Position numbers and translations under genes: made by a program. Source: an uncultured bacterium (GTDB lineage Bacteria > Patescibacteriota > Minisyncoccia > Phycocordibacterales > PALSA-1337). From it: a stretch of 64,000 nt of DNA. Of the stretch, positions 18,910 to 30,170 are shown piece after piece; position 1 is the stretch's first letter, and each line of letters begins with the position of its first letter. The notes under the pieces are model-generated. The model did not search any database, was not told the DNA's origin, and worked only from the letters and a program-made list of their open reading frames with translations. The stretch covers positions 479 through 64,478 of the forward strand of contig CAIQIZ010000029.1 in assembly GCA_903872035.1 (NCBI GenBank). The letters are read 5' to 3'.

Positions 18910-21618
18910 TCATTTCTGCCCCACCAGATCATGCATGATGATCGGACTCTCGCCTTTGTGCTTCTTTTTTACTTCAAAAGTAAATTTGACCTCTTTTTCA
19001 CCGAGCGTGTTCTTGACTGGAGGAGCGACGTCGACTTGGATCTTGCCACCTTTGGCAACTTGCTGACCGATGAGCAGATTGGCAACCGGAGTTAGGATCT
19101 TTGTTTGGATGAGACGCTTCAACGGACGAGCGCCGTATTGAGGGTTGTAGCCTTCCTTGGCTAGGTAATCGTAGACCGTCGGAGACAGGGCCAGTTCGAT
19201 GCTCTTTTCAGCAAGACGCTTGACTGTCTGAGCAACTTGGATAGTGACGATCTCTCTTATAGCTTCAGGCGTGAGGATATCGAAGATGATGATGTCATCG
19301 ACGCGATTGAGAAATTCTGGTCGGAAATAATCCTTGAGGGCCGAGTTGATCTTGTTCTTGGCCTCAGTGTAATTCTCCTTTTCCGGATTTGTGGTATTGG
19401 TGGCAAAACCGATCTTCTCCATTCGTTCGATATGCTGAGCGCCAATGTTCGACGTCATGATGATGACGGTATTGCGGAAGTTCACGACGCGTCCCTTGGA
19501 ATCGGTCAACCGGCCGTTATCGAGAACCTGCAACAAGACGTTGAAAACTTCCGGATGCGCCTTCTCTATCTCATCGAAAAGTATAACGGAATACGGACGA
19601 TGGCGGACGGTTTCGGTGAGACCTCCCGATTCATCGTAGCCGACATAACCTGGAGGAGCGCCGATGAGCTTGGAAACTGAATGCTTTTCCATGAATTCGG
19701 ACATGTCGACTCGGATCAAAGCCTTTTCGTCATTGAAAAGGAATTCAGCCAAAGCTTTGGTCAGCTCCGTCTTTCCTACTCCTGTCGGTCCAAGGAATAT
19801 GAACGAGCCTATAGGTCTATTTGGATCGGCGATTCCGGCGCGCGAGCGACGAATGGTATCTGAGATTTTGGTAACTGCCTCGTTCTGGCCGACGATACGC
19901 TTCTTGAGTTCCTCTTCCATGCGGACCAGCTTTATTGCTTCCGATTCCAGCATCCTAGTAACAGGGATGCTCGTCCAGCGAGAAACGACACCAGCAATAT
20001 CTTCGGCGGTGATCTCTTCTTTCAAGATCCGGCGAGACGACTGAAGCTTCTTCAGACGCTTATTCTTCATCTCCAATTCCTTTTCCAAAGCCGGCAATCG
20101 TCCATAACGGATCTCTGCAGCTTTAGCCAAATCAGCACGAGCTTCAGCGCTTTCACCTTCCAAACGCAATACTTCAAGTTCCTTTTTCAAGCGCTTGATA
20201 TCGGCAATGGTTTCCTTTTCATTCTTCCATTTGAGCTCCAATTCGGAAGTGCTCTCCTTGAGATCTGCGATCTCCGTCTCTATCTTGGCGGTGCGGGCTT
20301 TTGATTCTTTGCTAGTCTCTTTTTTCAAAGCTTCACGCTCTATCTCCAGGCGCATGATCTTGCGGCGCGTCTCCTCTAACTGAGGCGGCATATTCTCCAA
20401 AGAAATTCGTAACGAAGAAGAGGCCTCATCTATAAGGTCAACGACTTTGTCAGGCAAGAATCTGTCAGTTATGTAACGGCTGGCCAAATTGACCGCCGCT
20501 ACGATGGCATCATCGGTGATATGGACTCCATGGAACATCTCATATTTCTCCTTGAGCCCACGAAGAATGGCGATAGCATCATCGATCGAAGGCTCATTTA
20601 CATATACTGGTTGAAAACGTCTAGTCAAAGCAGGGTCTTTCTCTATATATTTCTGATATTCCTTTATGGTAGTGGCACCGATGGCTCGGAGCTCTCCACG
20701 TGAAAGGGCTGGCTTCAACATGTTTGAAGCGTCCATGGAACCCTCGGAGGCACCGGCGCCAACCAAGGTATGTATCTCGTCTATGAAAAGAATGATCTTA
20801 CCTTCGGAACGTTCGACTTCCTTCAAAATATTCTTTAGTCTTTCCTCGAATTCGCCGCGATACTTCGTGCCGGCTATGAGCGAACCCAGGTCGAGCGAGA
20901 CAAGTTCCTTGTCTTTCAATGATTCTGGTATATCTCCTTGGGCCATACGCAAAGCCAAACCTTCGACTATGGCGGTCTTACCGACACCAGCCTCGCCAAT
21001 GAGGATCGGGTTGTTCTTCGTTCGGCGAGAAAGAATCTGGATGATACGCATAATCTCCGACTCGCGGCCGATGACAGGATCGAGCTTGTTCTCACGGGCT
21101 AGTTTGGTGAGCGATCGAGCGTACTTATAGAGAGTGCGGAACTTCTTTGGCTCAGCATCCTTGGACACCGGATTGGTTTTGAGCTCCTCTATGATCTTGA
21201 CCACGGCGTCCTTCTCTATCTTGAATCGCGCCAAGACATCGCGCGCCACGCATGGCACGTCGAATATAGACAAGAATAGGTGTTCAGTCGAAATGAACTC
21301 ATCTTTTAGTATGGTCGAGACTTTGACTGAATTATCCAGGATCTGCGCCAAATCTGGTGTCAGATATATTTGATATGAAGGAGAAAGGACGTTCGAACCT
21401 TCTGGGGATTCGATGTGTTCTAAGACCACGTCTGTAAGCATCGGGGTGTCTATCTCCATCCGGTCAAGAATGGAAGCAACCATGCTCTCTTCCTGTAATA
21501 TGAGAGCGCACAGAAGGTGCACCGGATTTACATGGTTCTGGCCGCGTTCTATGGCCAATTCATGGGCTCGGCGCAAGGCTTCTCTGGCTTTGGTGGTGAG
21601 TTTGGCTAGTGGTGGCAT
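18910..21618 (-). CDS. clpB: Chaperone ClpB
   Basis: Clp N domain, two AAA+ modules ([16 protein letters not shown]), long middle coiled coil. Confidence 0.95.
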   Translation of the reverse strand: MPPLAKLTTKAREALRRAHELAIERGQNHVNPVHLLCALILQEESMVASILDRMEIDTPMLTDVVLEHIESPEGSNVLSPSYQIYLTPDLAQILDNSVKVSTILKDEFISTEHLFLSIFDVPCVARDVLARFKIEKDAVVKIIEELKTNPVSKDAEPKKFRTLYKYARSLTKLARENKLDPVIGRESEIMRIIQILSRRTKNNPILIGEAGVGKTAIVEGLALRMAQGDIPESLKDKELVSLDLGSLIAGTKYRGEFEERLKNILKEVERSEGKIILFIDEIHTLVGAGASEGSMDASNMLKPALSRGELRAIGATTIKEYQKYIEKDPALTRRFQPVYVNEPSIDDAIAILRGLKEKYEMFHGVHITDDAIVAAVNLASRYITDRFLPDKVVDLIDEASSSLRISLENMPPQLEETRRKIMRLEIEREALKKETSKESKARTAKIETEIADLKESTSELELKWKNEKETIADIKRLKKELEVLRLEGESAEARADLAKAAEIRYGRLPALEKELEMKNKRLKKLQSSRRILKEEITAEDIAGVVSRWTSIPVTRMLESEAIKLVRMEEELKKRIVGQNEAVTKISDTIRRSRAGIADPNRPIGSFIFLGPTGVGKTELTKALAEFLFNDEKALIRVDMSEFMEKHSVSKLIGAPPGYVGYDESGGLTETVRHRPYSVILFDEIEKAHPEVFNVLLQVLDNGRLTDSKGRVVNFRNTVIIMTSNIGAQHIERMEKIGFATNTTNPEKENYTEAKNKINSALKDYFRPEFLNRVDDIIIFDILTPEAIREIVTIQVAQTVKRLAEKSIELALSPTVYDYLAKEGYNPQYGARPLKRLIQTKILTPVANLLIGQQVAKGGKIQVDVAPPVKNTLGEKEVKFTFEVKKKHKGESPIIMHDLVGQK

Positions 21619-22008
21619 GGGTGTTATGTGGTTGCATTTTACTATTAATTGTAGTCGCCGTCAATGATTATTTGAGGCCTATGAACGATGGATTTGAGCG
21701 ATCATGCTGCTCGTAAAGAGTACGATGACTAATAAGGTTTTGGTTCGATTGCCGCGCTATAAACATGTCTTTTCCTGAATTAATTTCATTCACACAAATT
21801 GATTTGCGTGATATTATCAACGACTCTACAGAGCCATATTTCTTTATCATTACACAACAAATTACACAATTCCTGTCAATGAGAATATTTTAGGAATTGA
21901 TGAATCCCAGTCGCCACGCACAGCGAGTCTATGGTGCCTCTCTTCTTTTATAAGCTATAAGCCGGCCTAGTGCGACCCTTATGAGTAGTTTTTTTGCGCT
22001 AGATAATC

Positions 22009-23238
22009 TTACCTAATCGGCACCATTTCAACCTTACCAGTCAACCGATCCTTGGTTTCAATAGAATTTGATTTCAAGCTCTTCTCACTTATGACATAGC
22101 GCTTGGGGATACCCATGAGATCTGAATCAGCAAACTTAGCGCCAGCACCTGTATCGCGGTCATCATATAGAACTTCAATTCTTTTCTTGGTGAGCTTTTC
22201 ATAGAGTTCATCCGCTGCTTTCTTTACCGTTCCAGCCTCATCGAACAATGCCACCAAATGAACAGCAAACGGAGCGACTGATTCCGGCCAGACCAATCCT
22301 TTGTCATCAGACCAGACTTCGGCGATCGTACCCATGAGACGTCCAGGACCGATACCATAGCTTCCCATGACGACCGGCTTGGACTTCCCTTCAGCGTCTT
22401 TGTAATTCAAGCCGAGGGCTTCGGAGAAGCGCGTACCTAAGCTAAAAATATTTCCGACTTCGATCGATTTCTTTTCAACCAATTGAGACTTTTCCAGTTT
22501 CAAATCCTTTAAGACCTCATCATTGAATACTTCCTTATTCACAGCCATCTTCTTTTCTTCGTGGACATAGATCAAATCTTCACCAGCTTCACAAGTAGTT
22601 TGAAATTCATGGGAGTATTTAGAGAATGATCCTCCACTAGCGAACGTCACGTATGTTTGCGCTCCAATACCAGCACGCTCGAATATCTTTACATAAGCCA
22701 TCTTGGCCTTCTCATAGAATTCCTGATGAGCCTTATCGTCAACATTGAATGAATACAGGTCCTTCATGAGAAATTCGCGGCCGCGCAATATTCCTGACTT
22801 GGCACGCTCTTCGTTACGGAATTTTGTTTGGAATTGGTATGCAGAAATAGGCAAATCTCGAAATGAGCTGATGTGATCCTTCATAAGCGCTGTCAAAGGC
22901 TCCTCGTGTGTAAATCCGAGTCCGACTTCGTTACCATTCTTGAGATTCGTCTTGAACCAATTGTCTACCTTTTCGTCGCTCCAACGATCGGTCGCTTCCC
23001 AATTGCGCTTATCTTGTAAAGCCGTCAAATGGATCTCTTGCCCACCAATAGAGTTCATCTCTTCACGAATGATTCCTCTGATCTTATTCAAAGTCCTGAG
23101 CCCTAATGGCAAATATGAATAAACACCAGCCATTTCTTTGTGAATAAATCCAGCACGAATGAGGAGTTGGGCATTCTTGGCCACTTCATCCTTTGGAGCT
23201 TCGCGACGAGTTTTGGTAAATAGTTGTGATTGTTTCAT
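22009..23238 (-). CDS. proS: Proline--tRNA ligase (short form without editing insertion)
   Basis: LLIRAGFI, THEE, KFRNEERAKSGILRGREFLMKD, GSYGIG motifs. Confidence 0.96.
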   Translation of the reverse strand: MKQSQLFTKTRREAPKDEVAKNAQLLIRAGFIHKEMAGVYSYLPLGLRTLNKIRGIIREEMNSIGGQEIHLTALQDKRNWEATDRWSDEKVDNWFKTNLKNGNEVGLGFTHEEPLTALMKDHISSFRDLPISAYQFQTKFRNEERAKSGILRGREFLMKDLYSFNVDDKAHQEFYEKAKMAYVKIFERAGIGAQTYVTFASGGSFSKYSHEFQTTCEAGEDLIYVHEEKKMAVNKEVFNDEVLKDLKLEKSQLVEKKSIEVGNIFSLGTRFSEALGLNYKDAEGKSKPVVMGSYGIGPGRLMGTIAEVWSDDKGLVWPESVAPFAVHLVALFDEAGTVKKAADELYEKLTKKRIEVLYDDRDTGAGAKFADSDLMGIPKRYVISEKSLKSNSIETKDRLTGKVEMVPIR

Positions 23239-23261
23239 GGCTGTAATCATAACCTAAAAAC

Positions 23262-24395
23262 CTAATGTTGCACCAGCTTGGCGATATCCTTATAAGTGAC
23301 TGCCACCATGAGGATCATGAGCAGGATGAAGCCGACAGTATTCACGATGTTAGTGAATTTGGCGGAGATACGTCGACGGAATATGCCTTCAATGGCCACG
23401 AACAGGATGCGCCCGCCATCCAGCGCTGGGAATGGAATTAGATTTATGATTCCCAAGTTTACGGATATGAGAGCGGTGAACATGAGCAGGCTCATAAATC
23501 CTAGCGAGAGAACGTTTCCAACATCGGCCGCTATGCCAACTGGACCACTCACTTGTGACCACTGTGCCGTGCCTTGGAATATACTCGTGATGAAGATGAA
23601 TAATCCGACTGCAGTCTGTTCCATAGTGATCCAGGTGTAGTGAGTCGCTTCATATATAGCGGTCAAGATTGGCAACCTCAACGTCACAGCGTCGGCTAGT
23701 TGGATACCGACGACAAATCTGCCAGGAACCAAAGTGCCAGAAGGAGTGATGGTCGTAGTGCTAGCTTGCCCTCCATGCATGAAACTGACGATGACAGGTG
23801 TCCCTAGACTAGCATTGACTGTGTCTGGAATAACAGTTGCAGAAAGTTTGGTGGTGCTACTCGTGCCGTTTAGCGAAAGCTCCGCATGTGTAGATGGAAC
23901 CGATATCTTTGTTATCGTGTCACCAGGGTTGAGTCCAGCCTTCTTGGCAGGAGAATTATCAGAGACGTAAGTGATGATAGTTCTTGGATCATGAAAACGG
24001 CTAACATATTGCTGAAAATCACCAGGAGCTGCAGTCATGCCGCAAGCGAATACGATCACGTACAAAATCCAAGCGAATATGAAATTGAAAAGCACACCAG
24101 CGACTAGAACTGCCGCCTGGCGCCAGCGATTCTTGTGAACAAAGCTCCGATCCTTGTCAGGACCAAATGTATTCTCTTCGTCCGGATTCTCGCCGAAGAT
24201 CTTGACGAAACCACCAAAAGGAATGAGGTTGAGACCGTATTCAGTTTCGCCCTTTGTCCAATGGATGAGCCTTGGACCAAAGCCGATCTTGAAAGAATCG
24301 ACTCGGATGCCGTTCATTCGTGCAAAGATAAAATGGCCCAATTCGTGGACGAATATGAGCACGGCAAGAACGATGAGAAAAATGATTACGGTCAT
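23262..24395 (-). CDS. rseP: RIP metalloprotease RseP
   Basis: HELGH, PDZ domain, NLIPFPALDGG. Confidence 0.95.
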   Translation of the reverse strand: MTVIIFLIVLAVLIFVHELGHFIFARMNGIRVDSFKIGFGPRLIHWTKGETEYGLNLIPFGGFVKIFGENPDEENTFGPDKDRSFVHKNRWRQAAVLVAGVLFNFIFAWILYVIVFACGMTAAPGDFQQYVSRFHDPRTIITYVSDNSPAKKAGLNPGDTITKISVPSTHAELSLNGTSSTTKLSATVIPDTVNASLGTPVIVSFMHGGQASTTTITPSGTLVPGRFVVGIQLADAVTLRLPILTAIYEATHYTWITMEQTAVGLFIFITSIFQGTAQWSQVSGPVGIAADVGNVLSLGFMSLLMFTALISVNLGIINLIPFPALDGGRILFVAIEGIFRRRISAKFTNIVNTVGFILLMILMVAVTYKDIAKLVQH

Positions 24396-24399
24396 ATAT

Positions 24400-24951
24400 C
24401 TAGCCGATTATTTCCTTCTCTTTCTTTACATACATCTCCTCCAGCTTCTTGTTGGCATCATCCACCATCTTCTGCGTCTCATGCTTTAGTCGAAAGATAT
24501 CATCTTTACCAAAACCACCCTCTTTCTCTTTGGCGGTGAGATCTTTGATGACGGATTCGCGATGCATCCTCATCTGTTTCTTGGCTTCTTCCAACTTTTC
24601 CTTGGCTGTTTTGGCGATGTCTTTGCGACGGTCGGCTGTAAGTTCCGGGAACATGACACGCAAGCCCTGGTCGTCGACGACTACGGAAAGACCGAGGTTG
24701 GCGACAGTAATGGCCTTCTCTATGTCTTTGACCTGACCCTTTTCCCACGGAGCCACACGTAAGGTCCGTGCTCCCTCGATAGTGACGCTAGCCAATTCCT
24801 TGAGTCCCATCGGCGCTCCATAGACCTCGACTTTGACACCGTCGAGAACGGCCGGCGATGCTTGTCCTGTCCGGATCTGCTGAAACTCCTTTTTGAGCCA
24901 TTCCTCGGCTCCGGTCATCTGTTTCTTTAGTGGATTGAAATCGTAAGCCAT
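24400..24951 (-). CDS. frr: Ribosome recycling factor
   Basis: IRTGQASPAVLD, PELTADRRK. Confidence 0.96.
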   Translation of the reverse strand: MAYDFNPLKKQMTGAEEWLKKEFQQIRTGQASPAVLDGVKVEVYGAPMGLKELASVTIEGARTLRVAPWEKGQVKDIEKAITVANLGLSVVVDDQGLRVMFPELTADRRKDIAKTAKEKLEEAKKQMRMHRESVIKDLTAKEKEGGFGKDDIFRLKHETQKMVDDANKKLEEMYVKKEKEIIG

Positions 24952-25060
24952 GAAATTATAAATTAATGATTAATTCTTAATGATCAATGCATAATGTCGT
25001 ACCTGCGATAAATTAGATATTAAACATTCATCATTGAACATTACGTAAGTCAGTATAGCA

Positions 25061-25744
25061 CTAAATATTCAATGCCACATATTCCAAAAGCATCTTAAGC
25101 GAAGGTGCCCGATCATTCATATACGTCCGTGCCTTTTCGATAGTTTCAAGGGCTTGCTTTCCACTCTTTGATCCCTTCGATCCGTATACGACAGATTGAA
25201 TATTATTCAAGAAATCAATGGCATCCTGTTTGGTCTTCTTTTCTTTGGTGATGTCTTCAACCAAAGATTTTATGATCTCCAATCGTTTCGGCGGCATCAT
25301 AGTTAGAAATTTCTTGGCGTCAGCTAAGCCCACTGATTCATTTTCGCTTTGGCCAGAGTTACCGATCATCGATAGCCGCGATCTTACAGTTGGTAGCAAT
25401 AGATGTGCAGAAGGAACTATTAGAAAGAAATGAACGTATTCCGCCGGTTCCTCTAGTAATTTAAGCAAAGCGTTCTGGGCTTCGACGGTGATGGCATTCA
25501 TCGTCACGATAAATATGCGCTTGCCTCCGGGATTCACCGGCATGAGCGATGCTAATGATTTCAATTCGCGAGCATCATCAATAGTAAAATTCTCATATTG
25601 CTTGGCGTCGAAGTCAGGATTGCCATGAGTGGCGACCTTGAATTTCTTCTCAAGAATTGAAATGAGTTCGACTCTAAGCGAATCACCACCGATCAAAAGG
25701 TATGCGTGGTGATCCAAACCAGTAAGTTGCGTGCGTAAATCCAT
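25061..25744 (-). CDS. holB: DNA polymerase III delta-prime-like subunit
   Basis: HHAYLL, EAQNALLKLLEEP, LLPTVRSR; ATG at 25744. Confidence 0.85.
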   Translation of the reverse strand: MDLRTQLTGLDHHAYLLIGGDSLRVELISILEKKFKVATHGNPDFDAKQYENFTIDDARELKSLASLMPVNPGGKRIFIVTMNAITVEAQNALLKLLEEPAEYVHFFLIVPSAHLLLPTVRSRLSMIGNSGQSENESVGLADAKKFLTMMPPKRLEIIKSLVEDITKEKKTKQDAIDFLNNIQSVVYGSKGSKSGKQALETIEKARTYMNDRAPSLKMLLEYVALNI

Positions 25745-25780
25745 AAGGCAATTGTATATCTTTAATTCTAAATGTAAATG

Positions 25781-26212
25781 AAAAGGGCGCGCCGACTGGA
25801 TCAAAATCCAACTATCGACACGCCCTGAAACCGTTGCTCCCCATGCGGCACTCTTTACTAGCGGCAGTGGATGAACGCAACGATTTCGAATAGAAGTGGC
25901 CGTCTCGGTGCGGGCCAAATGGCTGTACCGCTAGTTCCAGGCGCGGTTATGCCGTTGGCCGAATTGCCGAGCCATCACTGGCTGGGGCGACAGACCGAGG
26001 TACCGGGGGAAACGGAGCATTGCAGACCAAGCTGCTACTCCTTCCGGTGTTCGTCCTCGGCTGCGACGAACCACTTCTCTATGGACTAATCCGATGAGAC
26101 CGCGTAGGCTCCCAGCGAACTAGCCAAATCAGACTGTAAAGAACAACGCTCGGTAGCAGCATGGATCCAATGGCAAGCACGGACTTTTCCAGAGGCCACT
26201 ACCGAGCGTCTA
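25781..26212 (-). ncRNA. Candidate structured non-coding RNA (~430 nt)
   Basis: TTGACA-16-TATAAC promoter (26245-26218), terminator hairpin at 25781-25826, several long-range complementarities, no sense ORF of 60 aa or more contained in it. Confidence 0.5.
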
Positions 26213-26255
26213 AGACTGTTATAGCACAGCAAATGTTTTTGTCAAGCCAAATCAG

Positions 26256-27269
26256 CTATCTTTTGGAAATTATCGACTTCTTGTACATATCCAAATGTTC
26301 GAGAGCGATGCCAGTCCCCTTCACCACACAAAGCAAAGGCTCCTCGGCCAATTGCGCTTTGACGCCAGTCCTGCGAAAAACCAATTCTGGCAGATTGCGT
26401 AGCAAGGAGGAACCGCCGGTCATGATGATACCCTGATCTATGATGTCGGCCGCCAATTCCGGTGGAGTCTCTTGAAGCACATCACGAACAGCTCTGATCA
26501 TATCGCGGAGTGGCGCGGCGATGGCTTTGACGATCTCATTGGTCTTGATCTCCGTCGAGCGTGGCAGACCGGAAAGGTAATCACGTCCTTTGACATTCAT
26601 GGCCAATTCCTGATCGAGCGGCACAGCTGAACCGATATTTATCTTAATGATCTCGGCCATGTGATCTCCGATGGCCAGATTGAAAGTCCGTTTGACGTAA
26701 TCAGCAATGGCCGCATCAATTTTGTTGCCAGCAACTTTGACAGAAGTCGACGAGACGATGCCACCGAGCGATATGACGGCAACATCTGTCGTACCACCGC
26801 CGATATCGATGACCATGTGACCTTTGGCCTCATGGATGGGAATGCCTGCGCCGATAGCCGCGAGGACTGGTTCCTTGACTACATAAGCGTTACGAGCTCC
26901 TGCGCGTATTGTCGCTTCGATGACCGCCCGTCGCTCGGTTGAAGTTATAGATGCTGGAACAGAGATCATGACTTCTGGTTTGAAAATATTGAAACGTCCC
27001 AAAGCTTTGTCGATGAAATAGCGGAGCATGGCTTCGGTCACCCGGTAGTCAGCAATGACTCCGTCGCGCATCGGTCGATAGGCGATGATGGTATCCGGAG
27101 TGCGGCCGATCATCTCCTTGGCATCATTCCCGACCGACAGAACTTTTTTGTCTACCTCCGAAACAGCCACGACCGATGGTTCATTGAGAACGATACCCTT
27201 ACCAGGCACAAATACCAAAGTATTGGCGGTTCCCAAGTCTATGCCCAATTTTGGCGAGAAAATGCTCAT
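26256..27269 (-). CDS. mreB: Rod shape-determining protein MreB
   Basis: GIDLGTANT, DIGGGTT, TGGSSLL; ATG at 27269. Confidence 0.97.
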   Translation of the reverse strand: MSIFSPKLGIDLGTANTLVFVPGKGIVLNEPSVVAVSEVDKKVLSVGNDAKEMIGRTPDTIIAYRPMRDGVIADYRVTEAMLRYFIDKALGRFNIFKPEVMISVPASITSTERRAVIEATIRAGARNAYVVKEPVLAAIGAGIPIHEAKGHMVIDIGGGTTDVAVISLGGIVSSTSVKVAGNKIDAAIADYVKRTFNLAIGDHMAEIIKINIGSAVPLDQELAMNVKGRDYLSGLPRSTEIKTNEIVKAIAAPLRDMIRAVRDVLQETPPELAADIIDQGIIMTGGSSLLRNLPELVFRRTGVKAQLAEEPLLCVVKGTGIALEHLDMYKKSIISKR

Positions 27270-27292
27270 GAAGTTGAATACTAGCACAATTT

Positions 27293-27352
27293 TCCGCGAG
27301 GTGAAGCCCAGCGGCAAGCCTCGCGGACTTTCGCGGGGTGAGACCTCGACGG
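27293..27352. repeat. REP-like palindrome (AGGTGAAGCC..GGTGAGACCT)
   Basis: TCCGCGAGG/CCTCGCGGA stem; related copy at 62813-62848. Confidence 0.5.
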
Positions 27353-27497
27353 ATTGAGCCGCATTTTAGGCACGCGATATCCGCTAACTATTTGACAAAT
27401 TCCAATTACTATGCAGAATGAGATATTGGGAGTGTCGAGCGTACCTTGGCACTTTGAAACAGACAGAACAACAAAAACCTACGGAAATTGAAGAAAT

Positions 27498-28424
27498 ATG
27501 AAAAGACCATTAATGGTGTTGGTACTAACAATTGCGACTATTACCGGCGTTCAAGGTGCTGGGGCCCAATCGAGCGCGGTTAGCATTGTCGTGGATTCGT
27601 GGCAGAACAACCACGACGGATGGAGCCAAGTATGTGACGATCCGATCCCGCCGTCACTGTCCCAGTCACATTACACGCACGCAGGCATTGATTCTTCCGT
27701 GTTCACCTGGTATTCGACTACCGGCGAAGCGAACTATGCTGCCACTGGCAACAAGACATACACGTCCGGGACTCAGAACATCTTCACGACAGACGACGCA
27801 GCACGTTATGGGATAACAATACAACAAAATGTTACCACGTGGTCCGATACGTCGGCATCCGGTAAGACGCAGACTTCTAAACTTGGACCCGCGGCCGGCA
27901 ATATGACCACGGTTCCAGTGTATAGCGCTCCAGGAGCAACGACAGACTACTCGCATTATAACGGCCAGTGCAGCTCCTCCTACGATGCCTATGCCGATCA
28001 TAACATCACTTTGGTCGGCTACTCATATTCAGTGACTGCCAATACGACCGCGGCGCTTCGTCTACTTTACGGTGCTCCGAACAGGACTTACAACGTTACC
28101 ATCTCAGTTGGCCTGAGTGGTTGGCGATTGGCTGATAGCCGTGAACAAGTCTCGCCGGGTAAATGGTGGAATCCGCAGGCCATCGTCAATACCGGCCCGA
28201 TTCCTGCTAGCTCTATCACTTTGAACGGCGGTATAGGCCTGGACAATTCGGGACAAACTCACATTATTATGACGTCAGATTCCCGGGGTAACGCTGTCAC
28301 GCAAATTAAACCGACCTCACCTGCCAGTGCTACTACGGTCTGGAGCGTCAACGTCCTTGGCATAGCCGATGCTGGTCCGGCGGTGCAGACTACATCATCA
28401 GCACCGGCACCTTCCACGAACTAG
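27498..28424 (+). CDS. Secreted Ser/Thr-rich hypothetical protein
   Basis: Signal peptide; TTGACA promoter at 27392; terminator at 28461-28490. Confidence 0.8.
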   Translation: MKRPLMVLVLTIATITGVQGAGAQSSAVSIVVDSWQNNHDGWSQVCDDPIPPSLSQSHYTHAGIDSSVFTWYSTTGEANYAATGNKTYTSGTQNIFTTDDAARYGITIQQNVTTWSDTSASGKTQTSKLGPAAGNMTTVPVYSAPGATTDYSHYNGQCSSSYDAYADHNITLVGYSYSVTANTTAALRLLYGAPNRTYNVTISVGLSGWRLADSREQVSPGKWWNPQAIVNTGPIPASSITLNGGIGLDNSGQTHIIMTSDSRGNAVTQIKPTSPASATTVWSVNVLGIADAGPAVQTTSSAPAPSTN

Positions 28425-28460
28425 CCTGTTCGCTCGAGTTGTACGATTACAAATCTCCAC

Positions 28461-28490
28461 AAACTCCGTCACTAAGTGACGGAGTTTTTT
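28461..28490 (+). terminator. Intrinsic terminator
   Basis: AAACTCCGTCACT-a-AGTGACGGAGTTTTTT. Confidence 0.85.
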
Positions 28491-28627
28491 GTATCCGAAT
28501 AGCCGTCGAGGATACCGGCGACCCGTCATGAAATATATCCCCAGCCAGCATTGCTGGCTTATCGCATATATGCTATACTAGACAAACAACCAAGATGTAA
28601 CATTATTATATATAAACAATCACCAAA

Positions 28628-30151
28628 ATGAAGACAAATTCATCGCTTACACAGATCGGATCATCTATCGCCAGATCACGTGAAGACCGCGGACTTACAC
28701 AGGCTGTTCTGGCCAAGAAGATAGGCACCACTCAGAGCGTCATCGCCCGCATAGAGAACGGCGAGCAGAACATCTCCACCAAGACCATGGCCAGGCTTAG
28801 CAAAGCTCTCGACCGGGAGATCATGAGCCTCTCCAAAGCGGGAACTATCAATTTCAAGATCGAAGGAGGACACGAGCTCAAGGGCCAGATCAAAGTCAGA
28901 GCCTCGAAGAACGGTGCCATCGGAGTCATGTGCGCTTCTCTTTTGAATAGCGGGGTGACAACCATAAAGAGTGCGCCACGGATCGAGGAGGTCTACAGAA
29001 TCATCGAGGTATTCAAGTCGATCGGTGTACGCACCGAATGGAAAGGTGGCGACTTGGTCATCAAACCGGCAGCCAAGCTGAATCTCAGCCGGGCTGAATA
29101 TTATTCGGCTCCTCATACTAGAGGCGACATCATGCTAATCGGACCATTGGTGCACAGGTTTAAGACTTTTAAGGTGAATCAACCCGATGGCTGCCGTCTG
29201 GGTTCTCGAACCGTCAAACCTTATTTCTATGCGCTGGAAAAGCTCGGCGTGACGATCGAAACGACATCGAAGCACTACGAGGTCCGCCATGACGGCTTGA
29301 AGAAGGATAAAGAGATAATCATGTATGAAGCCGGTGACACAGTCACTGAAACGGTCATCATGGCCGCTGCCCTAATCCCTGGTCAGACGACCATCAAATT
29401 CGCTTCAGCAAACTATCAAGTTCAGGATGTCTGTTTCTATCTAGAACAGCTCGGCCTAAAGATAGACGGGATCGGAACTTCCACTATGACGATCCACGGC
29501 CAGAGCAAAATAGACAAAGATATCGAATATCATCTAGGTGAAGATCCCATAGAAGCGATGTCTCTCATCGCCGCGGCCATCGTCACAAGATCCGGTATCA
29601 CTATAGAGCGATGTCCCATCGATTTTCTGGAATTGGAACTGCTGAAGCTTGAGAAGATGGGCTTCAAATACAAGATCGTGAAGAGATACAAAGGAGAAAA
29701 TGGCAGGGTAAATCTTGTCGACATCGAGACTTCCCCTTCAAAGCTGATAGCTCTGGCAGAAAAGATCCACGCTCTCCCCTATCCAGGCATAAATATGGAC
29801 AACCTCCCATTCTTTGCCTTGATCGGCGCCTTCGCTACTGGAGAGACTTTCATACATGATTGGGTCTATGAAGAACGCGCCATCTACTACAAGGAGCTAG
29901 ATAGGCTAGGTGTAGAATCCATTCTGGCTGACCCGCACCGCTTCTACGTGAAGGGCCCAGCTAAACTCAAGCCGGCAGAAGTCGTCTGCCCGCCAGCACT
30001 ACGTCCATCAGTCATCATCATGCTGGCTATGCTAGCCATCCCCGGGACTTCTATACTTCGGAACGTCTACAATATCAATCGCGGATATGAAGACCTGGCC
30101 GCTAGACTGAATAAACTCGGTGCAAGGATAGAGACTTTCCGAGATCTCTAA
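28628..30151 (+). CDS. murA: UDP-N-acetylglucosamine 1-carboxyvinyltransferase with N-terminal XRE HTH
   Basis: HTH LTQAVLAKKIGTTQSVIARIE; SKN, GCRLGSR, DPIE, PYPG, INRGYE motifs. Confidence 0.93.
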   Translation: MKTNSSLTQIGSSIARSREDRGLTQAVLAKKIGTTQSVIARIENGEQNISTKTMARLSKALDREIMSLSKAGTINFKIEGGHELKGQIKVRASKNGAIGVMCASLLNSGVTTIKSAPRIEEVYRIIEVFKSIGVRTEWKGGDLVIKPAAKLNLSRAEYYSAPHTRGDIMLIGPLVHRFKTFKVNQPDGCRLGSRTVKPYFYALEKLGVTIETTSKHYEVRHDGLKKDKEIIMYEAGDTVTETVIMAAALIPGQTTIKFASANYQVQDVCFYLEQLGLKIDGIGTSTMTIHGQSKIDKDIEYHLGEDPIEAMSLIAAAIVTRSGITIERCPIDFLELELLKLEKMGFKYKIVKRYKGENGRVNLVDIETSPSKLIALAEKIHALPYPGINMDNLPFFALIGAFATGETFIHDWVYEERAIYYKELDRLGVESILADPHRFYVKGPAKLKPAEVVCPPALRPSVIIMLAMLAIPGTSILRNVYNINRGYEDLAARLNKLGARIETFRDL

Positions 30152-30170
30152 TTAAGGGTATAACTATGGC

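Noticed and set aside
21668-21850. 60-aa ORF upstream of clpB, and a possible CIRCE/CtsR heat-shock operator
   Set aside because: The ORF is featureless, and I see no TTAGCACTC-N9-GAGTGCTAA or CtsR repeat.
25781-26212. RNase P RNA or tmRNA identity for the candidate ncRNA
   Set aside because: There is only a loose match to GAGGAAAGTCC, no 3' P4 consensus and no tRNA-like ends. It is left unassigned.
25745-26436. N-terminal extension of holB and ORFs 25871-26089 and 26161-26436
   Set aside because: The extension crosses a terminator, and the plus-strand ORFs have no recognisable motifs or start signals.
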